The position numbers and the translations under genes are program-made. DNA of 64,000 bases, taken from NCBI GenBank assembly GCA_964617165.1, contig CAZTWE010000002.1, positions 3,247-67,246 of the forward strand. Reading direction: 5' to 3'. The stretch is from an uncultured Ruminococcus sp. (GTDB lineage Bacteria > Bacillota > Clostridia > Oscillospirales > CAG-272). The notes beneath the pieces were generated by a model. The model saw nothing but the letters and a program-made list of their open reading frames with translations, had not been told where the DNA came from and made no database searches. Shown in pieces: positions 1 through 8,092 of this stretch; position 1 is the first letter of the stretch, and every line of letters starts with the position of its first letter.

Positions 1-1
1 T

Positions 2-745
2 TTCTATCACAATAAATGCATCGTTTGCGGTGATTGCGTCGGCTCTTGCCCACATGGAGCTCACGTCATAGAAGAACAACACGTCGTTGACCGAACAAAA
101 TGCTCTTTTTGTTTTGAATGTGCAAAGCATTGCCCTACGGGTGCGTTAGAGATCTGCGGTAATGAAATGTCGATTGAAACAATATTGTCTGTGACAGAAA
201 AGGATAAAGCCTTTTACGGAAACAATGGCGGAATCACAATTTCGGGTGGCGAGCCGTTTGCGCAAAAGGAAGCTACGCTTGCCCTGCTGAAAGCCTGCAA
301 AGAAAAAGGGCTTCGCACAGCGATAGAGACCTGCGGATATGCAGATGCGGATATTTTGCTTGCAGCAGTTCCTTTTGTCGATCTGTTTTTGTGGGACATA
401 AAAGATACCGATGACGAGCGGCATAAGAAATACACAGGAGCTTCAAACAAAAAAATACTCGAAAATCTTACGCTGGCAGATGCAAACGGAGCCAAAATTC
501 GCCTGCGATGTATATTAGTAAACGGAATCAATACGGATGATGAGCATTATCGCGGTATTGCAGAAATCACATTAGCTTTGTCCAACTGTGAGGGAGTAGA
601 ACTATTGCCGTACCACGCATATTCCGGAACAAAAGCTACGTTTCTCGGTTGCGAGGATAACGGAAGAAAAGAGTGGATTCCCGAAGCGGAACAGATTACG
701 AGAGCAACAATTATTCTGAAAGAGCACGGTATCAATGTATTTTGA
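2..745 (+). CDS. glycyl-radical enzyme activating protein (radical SAM, PflA/CutD-like); 5' end lies outside the window
   Basis: The frame is open from nt 2 and in frame with the 167 ORF. It encodes two ferredoxin-type Cys clusters (CIVCGDCVGSCPHGAH, CSFCFECAKHCPTGAL) followed by GGITISGGEP and a C-terminal region typical of GRE activases. Confidence 0.8.
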   Translation, partial: FYHNKCIVCGDCVGSCPHGAHVIEEQHVVDRTKCSFCFECAKHCPTGALEICGNEMSIETILSVTEKDKAFYGNNGGITISGGEPFAQKEATLALLKACKEKGLRTAIETCGYADADILLAAVPFVDLFLWDIKDTDDERHKKYTGASNKKILENLTLADANGAKIRLRCILVNGINTDDEHYRGIAEITLALSNCEGVELLPYHAYSGTKATFLGCEDNGRKEWIPEAEQITRATIILKEHGINVF

Positions 746-897
746 CGCGTATACCTATTTTGTCAATATAACGAAAGAACTCAGTTACCGTGCAAAGTCG
801 GTGAAAGTTTTTGCGTTTTTATTGAAAAGCACGTAAGGTTATGATATAATAGTGAACAAATTCAAACTAAAAAGCAAAGGCAAAGGAACTATTTGTT

Positions 898-1620
898 ATG
901 CAAGAAGTGTTGTGGTATGGGTTCAAACGAATTGATTTTCTTTTTGAAGGCAGAGAGGCTATTATTGTTTTCCCGAAAACAGCAAACAAAAATAAAAATT
1001 GGTTGCTCAAAACAGAATATTTCGAAGCTTTTCCGAATTTTGAAATTGAGATGCTGAAACGGGGTTGGCACCTTGCATACATTAAAAACGTTACAAGATG
1101 GTGCCTTGATGAAGATCTTGATCTCAAAAAGCGATTTGTTGAATACTTGCATGAGGAATACGGTCTCTATCTGAAATGTGTTCCTGTGGGGATGAGCTGC
1201 GGTGGGCTTATCGCGTGCAAATTTGCCGCAAAATATCCCTCATGCGTTTCAGCACTTTATCTTGATGCTCCGGTAATGAATTTACTTTCTTGCCCTGCGG
1301 GTGTAGGTATGGCAACAAATAAAATGTTGCAGGAATTTATAAACGCAACGGGAATCAGCCTCTCAGAGCTTACCTATTACAGAGAACACCCCATAGATAA
1401 AATTCCCTCGCTACTGAAAAGTCGAATTCCTGTTATACTGGTTTACGGAGATTCTGACGATGTCGTTCCTTATTGCGAAAACGGAGCGATCCTCGAAAAA
1501 TATTATCGTGAAAACGGTGGAATTATCGTAGCGATAGGAAAGAAAAATTGCGGTCATCATCCTCACGGCCTCAATGATAATACCCCTATAATAGAATTTG
1601 TCGAACAATATTCAAATTGA
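898..1620 (+). CDS. alpha/beta hydrolase (esterase-like)
   Basis: 240 aa with a nucleophile elbow GMSCG, later GDSDDVVP and a HHPHG His region. Promoter-like TTGAAA..TGATATAAT lies upstream. Confidence 0.6.
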   Translation: MQEVLWYGFKRIDFLFEGREAIIVFPKTANKNKNWLLKTEYFEAFPNFEIEMLKRGWHLAYIKNVTRWCLDEDLDLKKRFVEYLHEEYGLYLKCVPVGMSCGGLIACKFAAKYPSCVSALYLDAPVMNLLSCPAGVGMATNKMLQEFINATGISLSELTYYREHPIDKIPSLLKSRIPVILVYGDSDDVVPYCENGAILEKYYRENGGIIVAIGKKNCGHHPHGLNDNTPIIEFVEQYSN

Positions 1621-1722
1621 CAACCGACATTCATTTTGTCAAGCTATTGAAGGGCATGTAAGATTATGCTATGATAGGATCGATAAAGCATACGTACATA
1701 AATACAGGCGGTAAAGTATTTT

Positions 1723-2310
1723 ATGGATTTTGATTACACGCAACACCACGGCGGCGTCGGCTACGGATTTATAAGAGGCAGGGATAAAGTCGTTCTTATC
1801 AAGTCAGGGCTTGGCGGCAGCTGTTTGGGATATGAAAATAAGTATCTGAAAATGGCTCATCGCCTGAAAAATAAGCACGGGTGCGGTGTTATTGTATGTT
1901 CAAACCCAAATGACGGGAAAATTCATGCCGACGCCGATCGAAAGATCCTGGAGCAGTTTGTTTATGAGAGCGGTATTGGGCCACATGAGGTGTACTTTTT
2001 CGGAAATTCCAACGGTTGCATCAAGGGGCTTGAGTTGGCAAGCAGGGGAGTGAAATTCAAAAGGATGATCTTAGTGAACATGCCGCTTATGATAAACCTG
2101 CATAAGATCAAGCGTTGTATTTCGGCAATACCCGATACGCACGTTATTGCCATTTACGGTGAATACGATCCCTCTTATAAATACACACCTTTTATCAACG
2201 GAAAATTTGATAATTTAGAGCTGCTATCCGTACCGATGGCAGATCATAACTTCGAGGGGCATATCAATGAATTTACAGCTCTGTCCGATATGCTGATCGG
2301 CACAGATTAA
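1723..2310 (+). CDS. small alpha/beta hydrolase-fold protein
   Basis: 195 aa with a GNSNG (GxSxG) elbow and late Asp/His (ADHNFEGH). Confidence 0.5.
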   Translation: MDFDYTQHHGGVGYGFIRGRDKVVLIKSGLGGSCLGYENKYLKMAHRLKNKHGCGVIVCSNPNDGKIHADADRKILEQFVYESGIGPHEVYFFGNSNGCIKGLELASRGVKFKRMILVNMPLMINLHKIKRCISAIPDTHVIAIYGEYDPSYKYTPFINGKFDNLELLSVPMADHNFEGHINEFTALSDMLIGTD

Positions 2311-2325
2311 AAAGGAGAAATCAAC

Positions 2326-3219
2326 ATGATAGACATTTGCCTTTTGGGCTGCGGAGGTGTTATGCCGTTACCGAGTCGCGCTCTTACCTCATTATTCGTT
2401 CGCTACAATGGCAAAGCCATACTTGTTGATTGCGGTGAAGGCACGCAAACGGCTTTGCGCAAAGCCGAGGTCAAATACAGTCAGATTGACGTTATACTCT
2501 TTACACATCTTCATGCCGACCACACAATCGGCATAATCGGGCTACTGCTGACCTTTGGGCTTGAGGGCAGAACGGAGCCGCTGCGGATATACGGCCCCGA
2601 GGGCATTACGAAAGCTATCGAGTGCTTGACGGTTATAGCTCCGAACTTACCTTTTGAGATAGTATGCACCGAATTACTTGAGGAGCAAGTCGGGTTTGAA
2701 GAAATAGGGCTAAGCGTCAATGCTTTCAAGCTTATACACAACGTTGAGTGCTTCGGGTACCGCTTTGAGCTTCCGCGTTTACCGAAATTTGACGTTGAAA
2801 AAGCAAAGAAGCTTGAAATCCCCGTTAAATTCTGGAGCATTTTGCAAAGCGGCGAGAGCGTCGGCGGCTTTTCTCCCCTTGAAGTTCTCGGTGAAGCCCG
2901 TCACGGATTAAGCCTGTTATACGCTACAGACACTCGCCCGACCGATGCGCTTGAATTTTTCGGCAAAGGTGCTGATCTTATGGTGCTTGAGGGAATGTAC
3001 GGTGATACGGAAAATCAATGCAAAGCGGGAGCCGGCTACCATTTAACTATGAGAGAGGCCGCCGAGATAGCAAAGGCTGCAGGAGCACGCGAGCTTTGGC
3101 TGACGCACTACAGCCCGTCCGTTGCCGATCCGATGATATACGAAAGTGAGATAAAGAGCATATTCGGCAATACGGTTATGGGTCGCGACTGTCTTTTTAA
3201 AAAATTAAAATTTGATTAG
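2326..3219 (+). CDS. rnz: ribonuclease Z (metallo-beta-lactamase fold)
   Basis: 297 aa with the HLHADH motif and an N-terminus (LGCGGVMPLPSRALTSLFVRYNGKAILVDCGEGTQ) typical of short-form RNase Z. RBS AAAGGAG precedes the start. Confidence 0.85.
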   Translation: MIDICLLGCGGVMPLPSRALTSLFVRYNGKAILVDCGEGTQTALRKAEVKYSQIDVILFTHLHADHTIGIIGLLLTFGLEGRTEPLRIYGPEGITKAIECLTVIAPNLPFEIVCTELLEEQVGFEEIGLSVNAFKLIHNVECFGYRFELPRLPKFDVEKAKKLEIPVKFWSILQSGESVGGFSPLEVLGEARHGLSLLYATDTRPTDALEFFGKGADLMVLEGMYGDTENQCKAGAGYHLTMREAAEIAKAAGARELWLTHYSPSVADPMIYESEIKSIFGNTVMGRDCLFKKLKFD

Positions 3220-3324
3220 ATATTGAATTTTCCCATTCGATGTGATGCAATTAAAACTCGTAGGAGCAATGCCCTATGCGGCATCCGTGCTTTTACAAAA
3301 CCAAGAAATTCGATAGGGCAAAAA

Positions 3325-3732
3325 ATGAAACTCAGTCAGAATGCAAAAAATGCTGTAATGCTCGGAACGCTCTGCTCGGTCGCATACCTCGCGGTATACA
3401 TTGCGAGGAACGTGCTGAGCGCGGTAACACCTCTGATGGTAGAGGACGGGTACACTGAGGAATACATAGGAAAGCTATCCTCGCTGTATTTTATCTTTTA
3501 TGCCGTTGGGCAGCTTATAAACGGTGCGATAGGAGACAAGATCAAGGCAAAGTGGATGATCTGTATGGGGCTTCTCGGTGCGGGAGCTGTCAACGTAATA
3601 TTCATGCAGATAACTGACAGCCCTGTTGCCGCGATGTTGGTATACTCGCTGACAGGCTTCTTCCTCTCTATGGTATACGGACCGATGACAAAAGTGGTTG
3701 CCGAAAATACCGAGCCTCTGCATGCCACGTAA
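3325..3732 (+). pseudogene. MFS transporter, N-terminal ~135-aa fragment (truncated)
   Basis: Starts MKLSQNAKNAVMLGTLCSVAYLAVY and shows about four TM helices and an MFS-like GQLINGAIGDK loop. It stops at TAA 3730-3732, far short of a 12-TM protein. Confidence 0.65.
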
Positions 3733-3791
3733 CGGGCCGGATCCGCGATATAACCGTAAGCCGTGCCGATAACGCGCCCAAATTAAAGGAG

Positions 3792-4469
3792 ATGGCAAGG
3801 CTTGGTAAGGATGAGTGGGACCCCGAGGTGATCCGCGTAATTTTCGACAGAGGAATGTACCGAATATATGACGTGATAGGTGAGGTTACACCGCCCCAGG
3901 CGCAAATGTGTCCGAAAAAGACCATGATTTCCTACGGCTCATCGATCACACACGGCTCAAACTCTATTGACTCCTCGCACGCCTGGGTGTCTGTGGTTGC
4001 GCACAATCTCGGAATGGATGCGCGTAATCTCGGAATGTCTGGGCACTGTGCCCTTGAGCCTGCTATGGCGGATTACATAGCAAGCGAGGGAGAGCGCGGA
4101 GCATGGGATATTGCCACCTTGGAGCTTGGAATAAACGTGCTCGGTTGGGATCATGAAAAAATCATCAGCCGCGCCCGCAATATCATAACCGAGGTTGCAG
4201 GAAGAAATCCCGATAAGCAGGTATTTGTAATATCTCCGTTCTATCACTGCGGTGAATATTTCAACCCGAACGATGGAGCAAAAAAATGGAGAAAAATACT
4301 TGATGCCACCGTAGCGGAGCTGGCTTATCCGAACGTAACCTACATAAACGGTCTTGACGTTATAGACAGCATTTCCTATATGTCAGCTGACGGTGTGCAT
4401 CCCAATATCTACGGTGCACAGCGTGTTGCAGACGTTATCACCGAGAGGATACGGAGTGTAATATTATAA
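3792..4469 (+). CDS. SGNH/GDSL hydrolase catalytic domain, probably 5'-truncated
   Basis: Block I YGSSITHGS and block V DGVHPN are present. The frame stays open upstream of the first ATG (..HVTGRIRDITVSRADNAPKLKE-M) with no start codon, and GGAG abuts the ATG with no spacer. Confidence 0.6.
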   Translation: MARLGKDEWDPEVIRVIFDRGMYRIYDVIGEVTPPQAQMCPKKTMISYGSSITHGSNSIDSSHAWVSVVAHNLGMDARNLGMSGHCALEPAMADYIASEGERGAWDIATLELGINVLGWDHEKIISRARNIITEVAGRNPDKQVFVISPFYHCGEYFNPNDGAKKWRKILDATVAELAYPNVTYINGLDVIDSISYMSADGVHPNIYGAQRVADVITERIRSVIL

Positions 4470-4475
4470 ACAAAG

Positions 4476-4517
4476 ATCAGCCCGGCTGCCATTCAGGCTT
4501 CACCGAGCTGATTTTTT
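4476..4517. terminator. hairpin plus T-run between convergent genes
   Basis: atcagcccgg...ccgagctgat stem (one mismatch) followed by ttttt. Confidence 0.5.
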
Positions 4518-4524
4518 AAATCAT

Positions 4525-5487
4525 TCAGATATTGTTACATATAAACGCAAAAACAAGGTCGTTATTGCCCTTCAAGCCCTCATGCCCGTAATCGGGATAA
4601 ATTATTACCTGCTTCTCCGAGCTTATCTTGTTATAAGCGGAAAACTGAGTGGAGGGCGGACACGTGGTATCCATAAGCCCTGTTGACATCATTACCTTGG
4701 CACGTATTCTGGGTGCTAAGAACTGCAAATCGATATAACCGAGCTTAGTGAAGAATTCGTCGATATGCTCATGCCTCGGGTCGAAATTTCTGAGATAATA
4801 TCTTATACCGTCGTATGCACCCTTATCGAGATCCATTTCCCATACTCTCTTATAATCGCAAAGATAGGGATAGGTCGGAGCGCAAAGCTTCAAGGTTGGG
4901 AAAAGAGCTGCACAGGCAAGCGTAAGAGCACCGCCCTGAGACCCACCGGTTGCGACCATCCTCGTCTCGTCAACGTAATCGAGAGCGGCAACCGTGCGTG
5001 CAAGCTGAGCCGTATCCAGGAAAAGATCCTTGCAGAGCAAATCCTCGGGAGTGCCGTCAAAGCCCCTCATAAAGGGGGTCGCATAGGTCGTGCCGGGAAC
5101 ACCGCCGACGTCCTCTGAATATCCTCCCTGACCGCGTGTATCCATAGCCGCAACAACGTAGCCCTCGGCAGCGAATTTTATAAGATCGGACCACTCGCCC
5201 GAGGAGCCTGAAAGACCGTGGAAAATAAGCACGGCAGGCGCTTTGCCCTTAATATTTTTGGGCTTCATAAACTTTGCAAATATCTTGGCACCGCGGCTTG
5301 ACGTGAACGTAAGCTTATAAGCATCCGCAACGGACGTGGGAAGCGTGTGCGGCTCAAAGCTCGCAGCGGGCGCAACTTTGTCAAGCTCCGCGAGAGCTTT
5401 ATCCCAATATTCATCAAAATCCGCGGGGCGGGGATTTCTTCCTTCGTATACCTTGAGTTTTTCAAGGGGCATGTCGATAAGCGGCAT
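4525..5487 (-). CDS. acetylxylan esterase / cephalosporin-C deacetylase (CE7 family)
   Basis: MPLIDMPLEKLKVYEGRNPRPADFDEYW N-terminus, GGSQGG nucleophile motif, C-terminal YPDYGHE. Start chosen at ATG 5487, which is preceded by AAGGAGAA. The ORF-track start at 5538 lacks an RBS. Confidence 0.85.
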   Translation of the reverse strand: MPLIDMPLEKLKVYEGRNPRPADFDEYWDKALAELDKVAPAASFEPHTLPTSVADAYKLTFTSSRGAKIFAKFMKPKNIKGKAPAVLIFHGLSGSSGEWSDLIKFAAEGYVVAAMDTRGQGGYSEDVGGVPGTTYATPFMRGFDGTPEDLLCKDLFLDTAQLARTVAALDYVDETRMVATGGSQGGALTLACAALFPTLKLCAPTYPYLCDYKRVWEMDLDKGAYDGIRYYLRNFDPRHEHIDEFFTKLGYIDLQFLAPRIRAKVMMSTGLMDTTCPPSTQFSAYNKISSEKQVIIYPDYGHEGLKGNNDLVFAFICNNI

Positions 5488-5699
5488 AACGTTTCTCCTT
5501 TGTTTGAATGAGTGTGTTTTTTGCGCGGTGCATTGCAACCGCCTTACGGCTACATTTTACAACACGCACCAAATGATGTCAAGCACTTTTGGAGTTTTTT
5601 AAAATAATTTTCACCATGAAAACTCATTCCACAATGCGCGTGCAATTCAGCGTAGGATCGAAATCGGCACTTTCGTTCAGACTGTATAGGAAAACGTAA

Positions 5700-6080
5700 T
5701 TCTGCGGCAAGGCGCTCGGTGCGCTTGCCATAGGCTGCGAGATATTTAAGAACGAGAATATGACTATAGACACAGTTTGCGGTCACGGCGGTTTCTTTAA
5801 ATCGGGAGACGTCAGCCAGAGCGCAATGTCTGCCGCACTCGGTGCACCCGTTACCGTCATGCAGAACGCGGGCGAGGGCGGTGCATGGGGAATTGCAGTG
5901 CTTGCACTGTTCTCGACGGTGAGCGAGCCGAGACTTGACGTTTTTCTCGATAAGATCTTCGCTAATGCGAAAAAGGTGACGGTTTGTGCCGATGAACAAG
6001 AGCGCGCTGATTTTTCCTTATTCCTCGAACAATACAAAAAAGGGCTTGCCGTACAGAGGCTTGCCGCGGAGGTGCTGTAA
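5700..6080 (+). pseudogene. C-terminal remnant of an FGGY-family sugar kinase (ribulokinase-like)
   Basis: Only ~125 codons are open. GHGGFFKSGDVSQSAMSAALGAPVTVMQNAGEGGAWGIAVLA matches the C-terminal domain of FGGY kinases. The N-terminal ~400 aa are absent and a stop lies at 5697-5699. Confidence 0.6.
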
Positions 6081-6346
6081 TGCTTGAAGAATTAAAAAGA
6101 AGAGTTTTTGAACAAAATATAGCCTTAGTCAAGCACGGGTTGGTGGTATTGACGTGGGGGAAAACTCCCGAAAGCGCGGTTGAGCATGCCGTAACGCTTG
6201 AAGAGGTTGCAAAAATGGCTTATCTCACCGAGCAGCTTGCCCCAAAGACACCGAGAATAGAACAGTATCTGCTCGACAAGCACTATTACCGCAAGCACGG
6301 TAAGAATGCCTATTACGGGCAGAAAAAAGAGAGGACACCGCACTAA
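6080..6346 (+). pseudogene. araD: L-ribulose-5-phosphate 4-epimerase with a large in-frame internal deletion
   Basis: 88 aa. The N-terminus MLEELKRRVFEQNIALVKHGLVVLTWG joins directly to the C-terminal segment KTPESAVEHAVTLEEVAKMAYL...LLDKHYYRKHGKNAYYGQ. Full-length AraD is ~230 aa. Confidence 0.8.
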
Positions 6347-8038
6347 ATGCAAAAACACTTTCTTTTAGGCTGCTGCTATTATCCCGAGTATTGGCAAAGG
6401 GCCGATATGCGGCAGGATATTGAACGTATAAAAGGTCTTGGCTTCAACTGTATCCGCATGGGTGAATTCAGCTGGAGCATGTATGAAAAGACGGAGGGCG
6501 TGTACGATTTTTCGTTCTTGGAAGAAGCCGTCAGATGCGCAGAGGAGCTGGGTATTGACATTATACTCGGAACGCCTACCGCTGCTCCCCCGAAATGGCT
6601 TACCGATAAGTACCCCGAGGTGCTTGCCGTTGATGCAAAAAGAACGGTAATGCAACACGGGAGCCGACAGCATCATAATCACACAAGCGAGATATACCTG
6701 AAATACTGTTCCGCTATCGCCGAAGCTATGGTGAAGCATTTTATGAATTTTGAGAACGTTATAGGCTGGCAGATAGACAACGAGCTTGGGTGCCACAGGC
6801 GCGAGAGCTACAGCGAATCGGACGATAAGGCGTTTATCGAATGGCTGCGCCGAAAATATGGCACCGTGGAAAAGCTTAACGCGGCTTGGGGCGCAAATTT
6901 CTGGTCCTTGGAATTCGGCAGCTTTGAGCAAATCACCACTCCAAGGCCGCATCCCGCCTACGGCAATCCGTCATGGATAACGGACTATTATCTGTTTTTA
7001 TCGGATACGGTGGTAAATTACGCAGCGATACAAACGAAGATCATACGCAAATACATGCCGAATGCATTTATCACACATAACGGTTATTTTGAAAACATAG
7101 ATTACAGGGTTCTTACCGATAAGTGCCTTGACATGCTGGCTTATGACAGCTATCCCGCCTTTCAGGAAAAGCTTGCTCCGGCGCTTGGGCAAAACGTTGC
7201 GTATAAGCTTGCGCTTACGCGCAGCTGCTCGGAGAAGTTCCTCATACTGGAGCAACAGTCAGGCCCCGGCGGTCAGCTTTCCTATTTACTCCCGACACCT
7301 CTGCCGGGTCAGATCAGGCTTTGGACCTATCAGAGTATTGCGCACGGTGCCGTAGGTATTCTTTATTTCAGATACCGCACAGCAATCTACGGAGCGGAGC
7401 AGCTCTGGTACGGAATTTACGATTACGACGGTGAGGAAAACCACAGAAGCCGTGAGATACGAAAGATTTCTCGGGAGATCTCGCGCCTTGGTGACATTTT
7501 CATTTGCAACAGGCAAAGCAATGAGGTCGCTATCTATCAGGACTATCACAATATCTGTGCCGATAAGGCGGAGAGCTTCGCAGGGAACGACAGTCGCGAT
7601 ATTTTCATTCATCTCAGCAAGGAAAACATCCACACCGATTTCATTTGCGCATCGGATGATTTTTCAAAATATAAGGTCATTATTTTTCCTCACGTTACCG
7701 TTGCCGATGAAAGCCTTGCCGAAAAGATAAAGGTCTTTACCGAAGGCGGCGGCATAGCTATAATCTCCGCGCGCAGCGGAGTTAAGGACGAAAACGTTCA
7801 TTATATAGGCTTCTATTCAAAACGCTCGGTTTCTCTTTATTCGGACATCATCAAAAAACACGTTCGCACGTGCAGCTCCGTCAATGCGGATCTTGAACAG
7901 TTCACGCTCGGAGAATACGTTATGCTCCTCAATCACGGGAACTGCGAAATAGCCCTCAGCGGATACGATATGCTGGAAGAGCGTTATTTTGACACGGTAC
8001 CGCCCTTCGGCGTTATTCTCATGAAGCAGGATAAATAA
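6347..8038 (+). CDS. GH42 beta-galactosidase (shorter than usual)
   Basis: CCYYPEYW start, WQIDNELG (acid/base Glu) and FLILEQQSGPGG (nucleophile Glu). It is 563 aa versus the ~660-690 aa I recall for GH42. Confidence 0.8.
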   Translation: MQKHFLLGCCYYPEYWQRADMRQDIERIKGLGFNCIRMGEFSWSMYEKTEGVYDFSFLEEAVRCAEELGIDIILGTPTAAPPKWLTDKYPEVLAVDAKRTVMQHGSRQHHNHTSEIYLKYCSAIAEAMVKHFMNFENVIGWQIDNELGCHRRESYSESDDKAFIEWLRRKYGTVEKLNAAWGANFWSLEFGSFEQITTPRPHPAYGNPSWITDYYLFLSDTVVNYAAIQTKIIRKYMPNAFITHNGYFENIDYRVLTDKCLDMLAYDSYPAFQEKLAPALGQNVAYKLALTRSCSEKFLILEQQSGPGGQLSYLLPTPLPGQIRLWTYQSIAHGAVGILYFRYRTAIYGAEQLWYGIYDYDGEENHRSREIRKISREISRLGDIFICNRQSNEVAIYQDYHNICADKAESFAGNDSRDIFIHLSKENIHTDFICASDDFSKYKVIIFPHVTVADESLAEKIKVFTEGGGIAIISARSGVKDENVHYIGFYSKRSVSLYSDIIKKHVRTCSSVNADLEQFTLGEYVMLLNHGNCEIALSGYDMLEERYFDTVPPFGVILMKQDK

Positions 8039-8042
8039 AAAA

Positions 8043-8086
8043 ATCAACACGGTTGCCCACTTGAGTGCATACCGTGTTGATTTTTT
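8043..8086. terminator. bidirectional intrinsic terminator
   Basis: 11-bp stem atcaacacggt / accgtgttgat, with an A-run on the left and ttttt on the right. It lies between convergent genes. Confidence 0.75.
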
Positions 8087-8092
8087 GCCGTT

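Noticed and set aside
5550-5999. 149-aa minus-strand ORF overlapping the FGGY remnant.
   Set aside because: The sequence is Cys/His/Arg-rich nonsense and antisense to a recognisable kinase C-terminal domain. It has no RBS.
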